DNA of 64,000 bases from Mobula hypostoma (GCF_963921235.1 NC_086107.1:101868001-101932000), one strand, 5' to 3'; positions 13,081-25,440 are shown, numbered from the stretch's first letter. A program made the numbers and translations. Notes: generated by a model not told the origin, from the sequence alone.

Positions 13081-14410
13081 ACTATGTGTGGTGTTTGGCT
13101 TAAGTCAAACATAGTGTTTTGTCTGACGGCAACACACTGGTTCTCCCAGGTGTCTTCTGGCAAACTTTAGCCAAGATTTCATGTGAGTTTTTTTTCAACA
13201 GTGACTTTCTCTTTGCCACTCCCATGGAGCTGTGACTGGTGAAGCATCCGGGCAACACTTGTTCTATGCGCAGTCTCTCCCTTCTCAGTCACTGAAACTT
13301 ATAACTCTTCCAGAGTTATCATAGGGTTCTTGATGGCCTCCCTCACTATCCCTTTCTTGCACAGTCACTCAGTTTTTGAGGATGGCCTGCTCCAAGGCCG
13401 ATTTACACCTGTGCTGCATTCTATCCATTTCTTGATGATTGACTTAACTATACTCCGGGATATTCAGTGACTTGGAAATGTTCTTGTATCTATCTCCTAA
13501 CTTGTACTTTTCAATAGTCTTTTAGCAGAGTTGCTTGGAGTGTTCTTTGTCTTCATGATGTAGGTTTTGCAGGGATAGTGACTCACCAGCAGTTGGACCT
13601 TCCAGATACAGGTGTATTTTTACTACATCAGTTGAAACACAGGTCTCCAAAAACAGATTTCCATTTAACTGATAATGTGACTTCTAAAACCAACAGGCTG
13701 CACCAGTGACGATTTGGTGTGTCGTATTAAGGGGCGGGGGGGGTGCTGAATACTTATGCAATCAATCATTTTGTGTGTTATATTTGTGATTAATTTTGAT
13801 CACTTTGTAGAGATCTGTTGTCACTTTGGCATGAAAGAGTCTTTTTCTGTTGATCAATGTCAAAAAAAAGCCAAGTTAAATCCAGTGTGATTCAAATGTA
13901 AAACAATAAAACATGAAAATTTCCTTTTTAAAGTCACTGTAGATACATGGCTCCTACACCCCGTATGGAAGTAACTTGTGAACATGTAGTTATTAGAGTT
14001 ACAGTCATAGAACACTACAACACGGAAACATACCCTTTGGCCCATCTAATCCATGCCAACCATTAATCTATCTAGTCTCATTGACCTGCTCCCAGATTTT
14101 GGCCCTCCATACCTATCCCATCAAATTTACCCATCTAAATTTCTCTTAAATAGTGAAATCAAACCTGCATCAACCACTTGCACTGGCAGCTCATTCCACA
14201 CTCACACCAACTCTCCATACTCTCTCGTGAGGCAGTATGGTAGCTTAGTGGTTAGCACAATGTTTTACGGTAGCAGTGACCCAGGTTCAATTCCTGTAGC
14301 TGCCCGTAAGGAGTTTATACATTCTTCCCATGAGTGTGTGGGTTTCTTCCAGGTGCTCCAGATTCCTCCCACAGTCCAAAGACATACCTCTTGGTAGGTT
14401 ATTTGGTCAT

Positions 14411-14549
14411 TGTAATGTATTGTGTGAGTATTCGTAGCGTCAGAGTGCGTATGACGTCAGGACATGGAAAAGGTTTAAAAAAATGGAAGTCTGGTGAATA
14501 AGCGAGGTTGTTCAATCTGCAGCAGTGTCTGAGTCACATCAATATTACA
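14411..14549 (+). repeat. Gypsy 5' LTR (139 bp)
   Basis: tgtaatgtatt...aatattaca, a direct repeat of 19617-19756. Confidence 0.95.
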
Positions 14550-14561
14550 TGGTGTCAGAAG
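14550..14561 (+). other. Primer binding site, tRNA-Leu type
   Basis: TGGTGTCAGAAG immediately follows the LTR and is complementary to the tRNA-Leu 3' end (...CTTCTGACACCA). Confidence 0.8.
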
Positions 14562-14601
14562 AAGACACGTAAAATAAAAAGGAAGAGAAGACACGTAAAA
14601 G

Positions 14602-17600
14602 ATGTCACAGTTGCAGCCACCGTCAAGTTTAAGCCTACAAGGTAATCTTGCTGAAAACTGGAAAATATGGATCCAGAAGTCTGAGCTGTTTTGCACTGCT
14701 CGCGGCCTAGCTGAAAAGACGGAGAAAGTGCAGTGTGCTACATTTCTGCATGTGGCGGGAGAAGAGGCAATAAAGGTTTGCAACATGTTTGTCTTCCAAG
14801 ATGGTGAGCAAGATAAAACTGAAGTGTTGAAAAAAAGTTTCAAGATTACTGTGAACCGAGAAAAAACTTACCGTTCATCCGACACCGGTTTTTTATGAGG
14901 GCTCAAGGACCAACGGAGACCATAGACGCCTACGTAACAGATTTGAAGAGCAAGGCAAAAGAATGAGAGTTCGGACAACTGCATGATTATTTAATACGTG
15001 ACAGGATTGTATGCGGCATACAAGTGAGATCAAGTGAGAGGCAGGCTATTGAGAGAGGCGGATCTTACATTAGAAAAGGCGATTGATGTTTGCCGTGTCA
15101 GCGAGATCACGTCAAGTCAGGTTAAAATGCTCAATGAAGAGATTGAAGTGCAAAAAATAAAAACTGTGAAAACTAACAAGAGTAGGACAAAGCCAGCTCC
15201 ACAGAATGATCAAAAGGAAGTTAATTGCAGCAGATGTGGTTATAAACATGGATACGGAAAATGTCCAGCCTTTGGTCAGACATGCAAGTTATGCCAGAAA
15301 AGAAATCACTTTGCAAAGATGTGCAAATCGAAGGAGCACACAAGGAAAATGCATGCTATGGAACAGAGTGAGGGCAACAGTGACATGTTCATTGGCGCAG
15401 TTGAAGTGGAACAGGAGGTATGCATCAAGAATATTGACAATGCAGGGATGGAGGATGAAGATGATTGGACCCAAGATCTGATAATAAACAGGAGGAAAGA
15501 GACATTTAAGCTTGACACTGGGGCAAAGTGCAATGTAATGTCGGCAGAAACATTCAACTCACTGGACATCAGAGGAAGACTGGAAAAATCCACCTGCAAG
15601 TTTGTTGCATATTTCAGCCACGAGACGGCACCACTGGGCAAAAAAGCTCTCACCTGTGTATACAAAGGTCAAAAATACAAGATCGAGTTTGAAATAGTAC
15701 AGCAACATGTTTCAGCAATACTGGGCCAAGCAACATGCACAAAGCTAGGCCTGGTGAAGTGAATCTATGGTGTTGAAAAAGAAAATGACATTCTCAAAGA
15801 CTTTGATGACTTGTTTTCTGGATTAGGATGTTTACCAGGGAAACACCATATCAAGATTGATCCAACTATTGCGCCAGTCGTGCATGCCCCGAGAAAGATT
15901 CCAGTAGCTCTCAGGGATCAAGTAGTGGAGGAGCTACACAGAATGGAACAGATGGGTGTCATAACAAGACAAATAGAACCGACCAACTGGGTGAATAGTA
16001 TGGTGACAGTGGTCACAGAAAAAAGACAAGGATTTGCATTGTGACGAGAATACACATAAAATTAAGAGGTTTGCTGGCCTGGGTTAGCATCAGTGACATC
16101 AGCAAGTGGTCTGCCACCTGCCCTCAGGGGAAGGAGAGATAAGGAACAATGGAGCAGCGTCTGGAGATGTGTAATGAAGGAACGGGGGAAAGAGAGCTGT
16201 CTGGAGCGGCTCCCCCCTTTGAACCTTGAACTGTTTGAAGTGATGGACAGGCGATGCCCCAGCAGGGGGATAAAAAGGGACAGGTTTGCTAAGGCAGGAC
16301 ACACGCCACCCGAGGTAACGAGACCCTGGAAGCGGTGCGCCTCTCACGAGTGGGTGAGAAGTACCAGACAACGGCCAGGGTGGAAAGGTACGATCAGCGG
16401 GAACCCGGTGTGTGTCCGCCCTTGCCTGGGTGCCGGGTTCACTGCAGAGGATCGACCGCATCTGGAGGAGGGGTCACAGTCGGTGACCTCAGGTGACATC
16501 ACCAAGGACCCGCCCAAAAGTTGCTTGTGAGCCATCTCGCCGGTCTGTGAGTGAAGCCGTGTCTGAATGATCAGTTGTCCGTGTTCTATCTCTCTCTTCC
16601 CCCCACGTTGTCCATCGCCATGGCAACGATTACTGCGAACTGAACTACTAAACTGGACTGAACTTTGAGTCACTTTTAAATTTGGTCATTTACCCCTAGA
16701 CAACGATAGAGCTTGATTGATGCTGTTATCTTAATTCTGTGCACATGTGTGTTTATCATCGCTGAACTGTTGCATTTATTATCCTTTCGATTACTGTGTT
16801 GCTTGTTTCTTTAATAAAACTTTCTTAGTTCTAATACTCCAGACTCCGACTGAGTGATCCATTTCTGCTGGTTTGGCAACCCAGTTACGGGGTACGTAAC
16901 AGCATGGATCCACAAGATCTCAACCAAGCCATCAAAAGAGAGCACTATCCGCTGCTCACGGTTGAAGAGGTTTTTTTCCCGCATGCCTAATGCAAAATAC
17001 TTTTCAGTGTTAGACGCAAATCAAGGCTTCTGGCAGGTCAAGCTGGATGAAGAAAGTTCCAAGTTATGCACTTTCAACACGCCCATAGGGAGATACCGTT
17101 TCCTGCGTCTACCCTTTGGGATTTCTTCTGCATCAGAGGTATTCCAGAGGTCCGTGGCACAAATGATTGAAGACCTGGACGGGGTGGTCAACATCATTGA
17201 TGATTTGCTGATATGGGGTGATACAATTGAGGAACATGATCAGCGACTGAGGAAGCTCCTGGAGAGAGCATGTGAGTACAACCTAAAACTGAACAAAAGT
17301 AAATGTAAGATCAGAACTACAGAGATCAAATACATAGGTCATGCGCTCAGTGCTGATGGGCTAAAACCAGATGATGAAAAGGTGAGAGCTGTGGTACAGT
17401 TACCACTACCCAAAGACAAGCAAGAGCTATTGAGGTTCATGGGCATGATACAGTATCTTGCCAAATTCATTCCCAACTTATCAGAGGTCAGTGCTCCACT
17501 CCGAAAGCTACTAGAGAGCAACACTGAATGGCATTGGGAAGACAAACAAAAGAAAAGTTTTGACACATTGAAGCAGTTGGTTACCAATGCACCAGTACTC

Positions 17601-19373
17601 AAGTTCTATGTTGTCAATAAACCAGTGACGATGTCTGTGGGTGCCAGTTCAGAGGGAATAGAAGCTGTTGTACTGCAGGATGGGAGGCCTGTGGCATATG
17701 GATCATGAGCACTTACGGACTGCCAACGCCGATATGCTCAAATCGAGAAGGAGTTACTCACCATAGTTTATGGGTGTGAGAAGTTCCACCAATATGTATA
17801 TGACAAAGAAATCCAGGTTGAGAGTGATCACAAACCACTTGAGAGCATCTTCAAAAAGCCACTCCACCAAGCTCCTATGAGGCTGCAAAGGATGCTTCTC
17901 AGGCTGCAGAGGTACACTCTCACAGTCACCTATAAGCCAGGAAAAGAACTGCACATCGCTGATGCTTTGAACCGTGCTTACCTCAAAGAGCAAAAGGAAG
18001 AGTTGCTGGAAAGAGAGCTGGAAGTCAACTGGGTTACACCTCAGCTACCCATCTCTGAGGAGAAGTTGAACATGTTCAGGAAAGTGACTGCAGATGATCC
18101 TGAAATGCAAATGCTAAGAGACATTACAATGAATGGATGGCCAGCAGAAAGAAAAGATGTTCCAAAGGAAATGCAGAAATACTGGACATTTAAAGAGGAA
18201 ATCAGCTATGCATCAGGACTAATGTTCAAAACGGCAAAACTCATTGTACCAAACCAAATGAGACAGGAAATGCTCAACAGAATTCATGAGTCACACCTGG
18301 GGATAGTGAAATGTAAAGAAAGAGCAAGGGACATTATCTATTGGCCAGACATGTCAACTCAGATAGAAGACATTGTGTCTCAGTGTGCTGCCTGTAATGA
18401 AAACAAAAACAGCAATCCAAGAGAGCCTCTGCTTCCCCACCCACTACCAGGAAGACCATGGGAGAAAATTGGCACAGATCTCTTTCACTACAATGGTACA
18501 GAATATCTGCTTTGTGTGAACTACTATTCAAAATATCCGGAGATCACCAAGTTAAGTGACACGTCCAGTCGAGGTGTCATTACCGCAATGAAGTTAACAT
18601 TCACAAGACATGGTATTCCAGATATTGTCGTTGGTAACAATGGTCCACAATATGCCAGTGGTGAGTTCAGAGGGTTCTCAGAAAGCTGGGAATTTCAACA
18701 TGTTACTTCCAGTCCAGGGCACGCTCAGTCTAATGGACAAGCAGTGAGAACTGTACAAACTGTCAAGAACATGCTCAAGAAGGCACATAGCAGTAACGGT
18801 GACCCTTACATTGCTCTGCTTGAATACCGCAACACACCGATTGAGGGTGTGGGGTTCTCTCCTGCGCAGCTGTTGATGGGACGTCGTCTGAAGTCCAAAC
18901 TGCCAACATCCACAACTCTACTGTCTCCTGAAGGTAATGCTGAAGTACATGACAAGCAAAAGTACAAGCAAATAAAGCAAAAGAGCTACTATGACAGATA
19001 TACAAGATAGTTGCCAGATCTGTATACAGGTGAAAATGTCAGAATACAGAGAGGAGACACTTGGCAACCAGCTGTGGTTGTGAACAGACATCAGCAACCA
19101 AGATCCTTCATAGTTCGCACGTCGGATGAAAGAGTCTACAGGAGGAACAGGAAGCATCTGCTGAAGACAGGCGAGAGTGAGTTTCCACGTACAGATGCAC
19201 AGGACATTTCCACATATACAGACGTGGAAACAAACGACACCAAGAATGATGCAGACCCCAAAGACACAGAGGTCACTCGAGAGACTGACACGGATGAAGG
19301 TCAAGCACAGTCACAGTTGTATCACACACGGTCTGGGAGACAAGTCAAACTTCCAGCTAGATACAGAGACTAG
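14602..19373 (+). pseudogene. Gypsy gag-pol with stops, frameshifts and a solo-LTR insertion
   Basis: Gag knuckles CSRCGYKHGYGKC and CKLCQKRNHFAKMC, protease FKLDTGA, RT RLPFG and IIDDLL, RNaseH, and integrase HESHLG...CAAC, DLFHY, NGPQY, SNGQA. Confidence 0.95.
16040..16901 (+). mobile_element. Solo LTR (862 bp) of a different LTR element, inserted in the Gypsy RT
   Basis: TGTGACG...CGTAACA termini and a 4-bp TSD GCAT (16036-16039, 16902-16905). Removing it restores RICMDPQDLNQAIKREHYP. TATA-like gataaaa at about 16269 and AATAAA at 16813. Confidence 0.92.
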
Positions 19374-19605
19374 ACATACAGTTTGAGGCAAAGTCACACA
19401 TGTCATAAGTTCCAAGGTGTGAAATAAAAGGTTCATTAGTTTATGTTAGTAGAAGAAAATACACTGCTATTAGTATTGTAAAATACAATGCAGAATACAG
19501 TACAAGGTAAGATTTTTTTTAGTTTATGTCATGGTTGTTGCACTGTAAGAAGGGCATACCTAGAGACATTGTTTTAGTAATTTCCAGTGTTGTAAAAAAA
19601 ATCTT

Positions 19606-19616
19606 GAGAAGGGGGA
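19606..19616 (+). other. Gypsy polypurine tract
   Basis: GAGAAGGGGGA lies directly before the 3' LTR. Confidence 0.85.
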
Positions 19617-19756
19617 TGTAATGTATTGTGTGAGTATTCATAGCATCAGAGTGCGTATGACATCAGGATGTGGAAAAGGTTTAAAAAAAATGGAAGGCTG
19701 CTGAATAAATGAGGTTGTTCAATCTACAGCGGTGTCCGAGTCACATCAATATTACA
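19617..19756 (+). repeat. Gypsy 3' LTR
   Basis: Direct repeat of 14411-14549. Confidence 0.95.
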
Positions 19757-20085
19757 GTCATTGTAAAATGTCCCGTGATTAGGCTAGGAATAAAATTGGA
19801 GGGTTGCTGGGAGGTATGGTTTGAAGAGCTGGAAGGACCTATTCTGTGCTCTATGTCAATCAATCAAACCAACCTCTGAGTGAAGAAATTCCTCCTCATG
19901 TTCCCATTAAACATTTCACCTTTCACCCTTAACCCATGACCTCTAGTTGTAGTCTCACCTAACTTCAGTGGAAAAAGCCCGCTTGCATTTACCCCACCTT
20001 TATCCTTCATAGTTTTGTATACCTCTATCAAATCTCCCTTCAATCTTCCACATTCTAGGGAATAAAGTCCTAACCTAGTCAACCT

Positions 20086-20372
20086 TTAAGAATAAGGGGT
20101 AGGCCATTTAGAACGGAGTTGAGGAAAAACTTTTTCACCCAGAGAGTGGTGGATATATGGAATGCTCTGCCCCAGAAGCCAGTGGAGGCCAAGTCTCTGG
20201 ATGCTTTAGAGAAAGAGATGGATAGAGCTCTTAAAGATAGTGGAATCAAAGGTTATGGGGATAAGGCAGGAACTGGATACTGATTGTGGATGATTAACCA
20301 TGATCACAGTGAATGGCGGTGCTGGCTCGAAGGGCCGAATGGCCTACTCCTGCACCTATTGTCTATTGTCTA
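20086..20372 (+). mobile_element. Short CR1 3' fragment inserted antisense into the older CR1
   Basis: LRIRGRPFRTELRKNFFTQRVV coding remnant, CR1 3'UTR and a (ctattgt)n tail. Confidence 0.85.
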
Positions 20373-21232
20373 TAATTCAGGTCCTCAAGTCCTGGCAACA
20401 TCCTGGTAAAGTTTCTCTGCATTCTTTCAATTTTATTACATCTTTACTGTAGGTGGGTGACCAAAACTGCACACAATACTCCAAATTAGGTCTCACCAAA
20501 TGTCTTTTACAATTTCAACATAACATCCCAACTCCTGTACTCAATACATGGATTTAAGAAGGCCCATGTGCCAAAAGCTTTCTTTATAATCCTATCTACT
20601 CAATATGCCACTTTCAAGGATATATGGACCTGTATTCCCAGACCCATCTGTTCTACCAGACTCCATGGTACCCTACTGCTCACCATGTAAGAGTTACTTT
20701 GATTGGTCCTCCCAAACTGCAACACCTCACGCTTGTCTGCATTAGATTCCATCAGCCATTTTTCATCCTATTTTTCCTGCTAGCCCACATCCCACTGTAA
20801 GCTTTGATAGTTTTCCTCATTGCCCCCAATCTTGGTGTCATGTGCAAATTTGCTGATCCAGTTTCCCACATTATCATCCAGATTATTGATATAGATGACA
20901 AACAACAGACCCAGCACTGATCCCTGTGGTACACCATTAGTCACAGGCTTCCAGTCAGAGAGGCAACCGTCTACTACCACTCTCTGGCTTCTCCTGCAAA
21001 ACCAATGTCTAATCAAATTTAATTCCTCATCTTGAATGCCAAGCGAATAAACCTTCTTGACCAACCTCCTATGCGGGACCTTATCAAAGGCCTTGCTAAA
21101 ATCCATGCAGACAACATCCATTGCCTTGCTTTTATCAATTTTCCTGGTAATTTCTTTGAAAAACTCTACAAGTTTGGTTAGACATCACCTGCCACGCACA
21201 GACCGACTATCGCTAATCAGTCCCCATCTAAT

Positions 21233-21362
21233 AGGTCCTGACGAATGGTCTCGACCTGAAACAGTGACTGTACTTCTTCCTATAGATGCTGCCTGGCCTG
21301 CTGCATTCCACCAGCATTTTGTGTGTGTTGCTTGAATTTCCAGCATCTGCAGATTTTCTCGT
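21233..21362 (+). mobile_element. Short Penelope-derived insertion beginning at a degenerate hammerhead
   Basis: ggtcCTGACGAatggtctcgacctGAAACagtgactg followed by the family tail. TSD-like gtccccatcta (21220-21230) and gtccctgtcta (21363-21373). Confidence 0.85.
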
Positions 21363-22894
21363 GTCCCTGTCTATTGAAATACCTATATATCCAGTGCTTT
21401 AGAATACCTTCCAATAAATTTCCCAAATACTGATGTCAGGCTTGCCAGCCTATAATTTCCTGGCTTATTCTTAGAGCCTTTCTTCAACCATGGAACAATA
21501 TTAGCTATTCTCCAATCCTCAACCATGGCTAAGGATGTTCTAAGTATCTCTTCTAGGGCCCTGCAATTTCTGCACTAGCCTCCCACAGGGTCCAAAGGAA
21601 TACCTTATCAGGTCCTGGGGATTTATCCACCCTAATTTGCCTCAAGAAAGCAAAAGCCTCATCTTCTGTAAAATTTATAGGGTCCATGACCTCACTGCTG
21701 CTTCGCTTCACTTCTACAGATTCTATATCTGTTGCCTGAATAAATACAGATGCAAAAAAATCCATTTAAGTCTCTCCCATCTCCTTTCGATCCACGCATA
21801 GATTACCACTCTGATCTTCCAGAGAACCAATTTTGTCCCTTGCTATCCTTCTGCTCTGAAAATATCTGTAGAAGCCTTTAGGATTCTCCTTCACCTTGTC
21901 TGCTAAAACAACCTCATGTCTTCTTTTAGCCCTCCTGATTTCCTCCTTCAGTGTTCTCTTGCATTTCTTATACCCCTCTAGTACCTCATTTGCTCCTACC
22001 TGCCATGTACCTCCTTTTTCTTAACTAGAGCCTCAATATCTCTCGAAAACCAAGGTTCCCTAAACCTGTTATCCTTGCCTTTTATTCTGACAGAAACTTA
22101 CCAACTTTATACTTTCAAAGTTTCACTTTTGAAGGCCTACCACCTACCAAGTATACCTTTGTAGAAAACAACCTCTCCTAACCCACACTTGCCAGACCCT
22201 TTCTGATGCCATCAAAATTGGCCTTTCTTCAATTAAGAATCTCAACCCAAGGACCATATCTATCCTTTTCCATAAATGCCTTGAAACTAATGGCATTATG
22301 ATTATTAGTTGCAAAGTGTTCCCCTACACAAACTTCTGTCACCAGCCATGTCTCATTCCCTAATAGGAGATCTAGTATCGCACTCTCTGTAGTAGCTGGA
22401 ACTTTTAGATGTACTGAAACTTTCCTGAGCATATTTCACAAACTCTTTCCCATCCAGTCCTTTTACAGTATGGGAGTCCCAGTCAATATGTGGAAAGTTA
22501 AAATCACCTGCTATCACAGCCTTCTGGTTCTTGCAACAGTCTGCGATCTCTACAAATTTGCTCTTCTAAACCCCATGGACTGTGGGTGGTTTATAATATA
22601 ATCCCATTAATGTGGTCTTACCTTTCTTATTCCTCTGTTCTAACCATAAGGTCTCTCTAGGTGAACTCTCCAGTCTGTCCTGAGCACTGTCGTAATATTT
22701 CCCTGATTAGTAATGCCACCCTTTCCGCCTTTAATCCCTCCCACCCTACCACATCCAAAACAACTTATTCTCATGTTAAACGGATTAAAGTTTTTTCCCC
22801 CACAGCAGAGAAGAGCAGGGAGTAACCAAACAGAGGTTTTTTAAACTATAACTGGAATTGATAAAGTAGACTCAGAACCAGCACTTCAGTGAAG

Positions 22895-23010
22895 TTTCTC
22901 CTGAACAGTTATCAATATGAAATCTTAATTGTTTTGCCTTCCTCAGGTGCTGACTGACCTTCTGAGTATTTCTGCCATTTTTATTTCAGATTTCCAGTTT
23001 TTGCAATGTT
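22895..23010 (+). mobile_element. Very old Penelope-like tail remnant
   Basis: tgctgactgaccttctgagtatttctgccatt...ttcagatttccag resembles the family tail. Confidence 0.5.
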
Positions 23011-23329
23011 TTGCATTTAGTCATAACAGTAATGAAATTACTAAATTATTCAGGAAATTCAGGAGAAACGTGTCTATCAGGAGAAAATATGAGCTCACTA
23101 CCACATAGAGGAAGTGTGGAGAATAACATTTAGGCTCTTAAGTATCAGTTGTGTAAGTACATATAAGGTAAAAGAAAAGTAAAGTATGTTCATTCAGTTT
23201 AATGAAAACTGTACAGCCAAGAAATACCAGCATACACCAGCTGGATCAAATACTTTGTTTTAGTGTTTCAATTACTCTACTCATCCAGCTGCAGCAAGAA
23301 CTCCTGCTCACAACTGATTCCGTAGTGCT

Positions 23330-23800
23330 AATAAAGTGAATCATCTCTCTCCCTCTCTCCTAAATGGCGATATCATCTAAGAAATGGTACATTTGCCCTG
23401 GAGACATTGCAGAACAAGTTCACTATACTGGTTGCAAGTATGAAGGAAGCTACCTTCTGGGGAAAAAAATTAAGCAGGTGAAGGCCTATACTCTAGAGCT
23501 TAGAAGAATGAGGAGTGACCTTGAGGGTTCTTGATATGGTAGGTGTGGAAAGGATTTTTTTTCGGGGTGGGGAGTTAAAATTAGGTGGCACTTCATCAGG
23601 ATAATAAGTCACCCAATTTAATAGAGTTGAGGAGGAAATATCTGGAATTCTCTGCCCCAAAAGGATATGCAGTTTGAATTTAGTACATGCATTTAGTCCA
23701 TTAAAAGCTGAGACAATTTTTTAGAAATTAGAGGACCACAAAGGAAAATGGATTTCAATCTATAATAGGGCCTATTCCAGCTCCTATTTCTTAGTTTTGC
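23330..23800 (+). mobile_element. Highly decayed CR1 3' fragment
   Basis: ggcctatactctagagcttagaagaatgaggagtgac (cf. GLYSLExRRMRGD) and gggcctattccagctcctatttct 3'UTR. Confidence 0.6.
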
Positions 23801-25079
23801 ACAACACACAGAATATTTTCACTGGTGTGTGAGTGTTAGTGTTGTACAAAATAACAAGATTTTGCCTGGTATAAACAAAACATTTTTCCAGAACAATAAT
23901 ATTGAAATTTCCACTGCATCTCCAAACTAGCTATAACTAGTATACATACCCATTGACCTTTCAGACTACACATTGGCCAGTTTTCTTTGCATTAAACTCT
24001 AGAAGACTAATAACTTGATCTAAATAACTTCTTAGTCCCTAACAAAAGGATGGCTTCTCTTGAAACAGAGAGTTGTTGAGCTGTTTTAGGGTTCTAATTT
24101 CAACTTCAAAAGATTACAGCTCAGTTTATGCAAAATAAATCAAAAAGCTTTCAGTGTGTTCAGCACATACGTAGCTCACCAACAGTCTGAGAAGACTTGG
24201 AATGGCTCTACATTATCCCCAGTCTGAATATCATCATTAGTCATTCGATTAATCTAATCTATGATTACAATGTAGCTATAAAGCTTCATTTAAATACTTT
24301 CCAGTTTAGTTTATCCACCTAAAGTCTATTTATAGACTTGCTTTAGTATGCCATCTGACTGAATCAGGTGAATAATATCAGTGGCTGTTGCCAGGAGCCC
24401 CTCTTACACAAGTTGCAGTGTGAAAATCAAAGTTTCACTCCTAAAAATATTGGCACACAGTGCTGCTGCCTTATAACTCCATAGATCTGGGATTGATCCT
24501 GAACTCAGGTGTGTAGTTTGCACATTCTCTGTAGGACCTAATAGGGCACTCCATTCTCTTCTCTTAACCCTCATTTAAGTAAAGGAGGATAAAGGAATGC
24601 TGATAGAAAGTACTCAAAATTGTTAGAGGCATAGATAAAGTAGGAAGTGAGATGGTGGAGGAAGGTACTCGCACAACATTTAAGAAGAAACTGAATGAGC
24701 ATTGACTGACCAAGGCTTAGTAGGCCACAGATCAAATGCTGGTAAATGGGGAAAGTAGTCAATATTCAGTATGGATATGGTGGGCCAAAAGCTTGTTTCA
24801 GTGCAGATGACTCTATAATCTCAAAGACAGGCTGGTAGTCTAAGTGCTTCTTGTTAGTGTACGTTGGTGGTTAAAGGAATCAATAGAAAATTGATTGGGA
24901 TGTGTGAGAAGAAGTAAAGTTACAGGGATCTAGAGAAATAGGAAGGGGGAAATGGGTCTAATGAGCTGTTTTCTGGGAAACTAGCATTGATCCAGTGGTC
25001 GAATGGCTTCCTTCAGTGTGCTTATAAACTCAGTTACTTCACAGTGTAATCAGGATAGAGGATCAGTTTTATTAGGTAA

Positions 25080-25440
25080 TTTCCACCCAATCAAAATCTC
25101 TGGTCCTCTTAATAGCCTGCTATGGTTGGACATCCATTGAAGTCCATTACAAACTGTGGATCGACATTGCATCTCCTAATCCTTTCAAAACCTAGCCTAA
25201 GATGATTCTACTCATTGATCATGTTCAGGGTGAAATAATAGAATTGCTTGTCATATGTGACTTCCTGCATAATTGGACAGTCTGCAGCTATATTGACCTG
25301 CACCTCCACTAACTTCCTGTCAATCACAACTGCAACCGTAAGGTCTTGTGGTTTCACACGGAAGTTGCCTGTAGGATAGTTGCCACACAATACAAGTTCT
25401 ATGTCATCTGCAGTAGTGATAATATTGTGCAAATTTTATT
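25080..25440 (-). pseudogene. Decayed Gypsy-type aspartic protease fragment
   Basis: ORF 25208-25432 contains VVIDRKLVEVQVNIAADCPIMQEVTY, resembling V.IDG..V.M.VDT(G/A)A..SI..E..Y. Confidence 0.45.

Larger units (their letters stand above)
9054..13939 (-). mobile_element. Tc1-like DNA transposon with long (about 200 bp) IR/DR-type TIRs, internally deleted and interrupted
   Basis: TA duplication at both ends and CTGTG...CACTG termini. The inverted repeats (aagttttcatgttttattg, acagatctctacaaagtgatc, tgcataagtattca) are mirrored at 13740-13939. Transposase remnants include PTVKHGGGCIMLW (about 10100-10145) and ATG-AAG-ACA at 13556. Confidence 0.9.
139..14007 (-). mobile_element. Decayed BEL/Pao LTR retrotransposon, interrupted by a CR1 LINE (3432-6046) and a Tc1 transposon (9054-13939)
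   Basis: Two diverged direct repeats (139-726 and 8535-9053 plus 13942-14007) flank minus-strand fragments of gag (triple zinc knuckle), protease, RT, RNaseH/A17 and the DUF5641-like C-terminus in BEL order. Confidence 0.9.
8535..14007 (-). repeat. 5' LTR of the BEL element, split by the Tc1 insertion (pieces 8535-9053 and 13942-14007)
   Basis: Starts tgtagc at 8535. Homology to the left LTR stops at TA 9052-9053, resumes after TA 13940-13941 and ends with CA at 14007. Confidence 0.8.
14411..19756 (+). mobile_element. Full-length Ty3/Gypsy (Mag-like) LTR retrotransposon, pseudogenised
   Basis: TG...CA LTRs at 14411-14549 and 19617-19756, a 5-bp TSD GTCAT (14406-14410, 19757-19761), PBS, PPT, and gag-PR-RT-RH-IN order. 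Confidence 0.97.
14228..19867 (+). mobile_element. tRNA-derived V-SINE (HE1-like), split by the Gypsy element into 14228-14410 and 19757-19867
   Basis: A-box (tggtagcttagtggtta), B-box (ggttcaattcc) and V-domain-like ggtttcttccaggtgctccagattcctcccacagtccaaagac. It continues after the Gypsy with a CR1-like tail and (tcaa)n. Confidence 0.85.
14006..22765 (-). mobile_element. Older CR1 LINE (pieces 14006-14215, 19868-20085, 20373-22765) split by nested insertions
   Basis: The 3' tail catagaacactaca is at 14006. RT and EN remnants lie in ORFs 19864-20082, 20780-21121, 21553-21765 and 22229-22432. The sequence accaactct/accaacctct flanks the nested SINE. Confidence 0.85.

Noticed and set aside
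13959..14007. Possible tandem second BEL copy beyond ...ctcctaca
   Set aside because: The PPT at 727-740 places the LTR boundary at 726/14007, so this sequence is part of the LTR.
14228..14300. tRNA gene
   Set aside because: The A and B boxes belong to a SINE head followed by a V-domain, with no full cloverleaf.
16062..16673. Several ORFs suggesting an extra gene inside the Gypsy
   Set aside because: They lie in a GC-rich solo LTR bounded by TG/CA and a TSD, and have no protein motifs.
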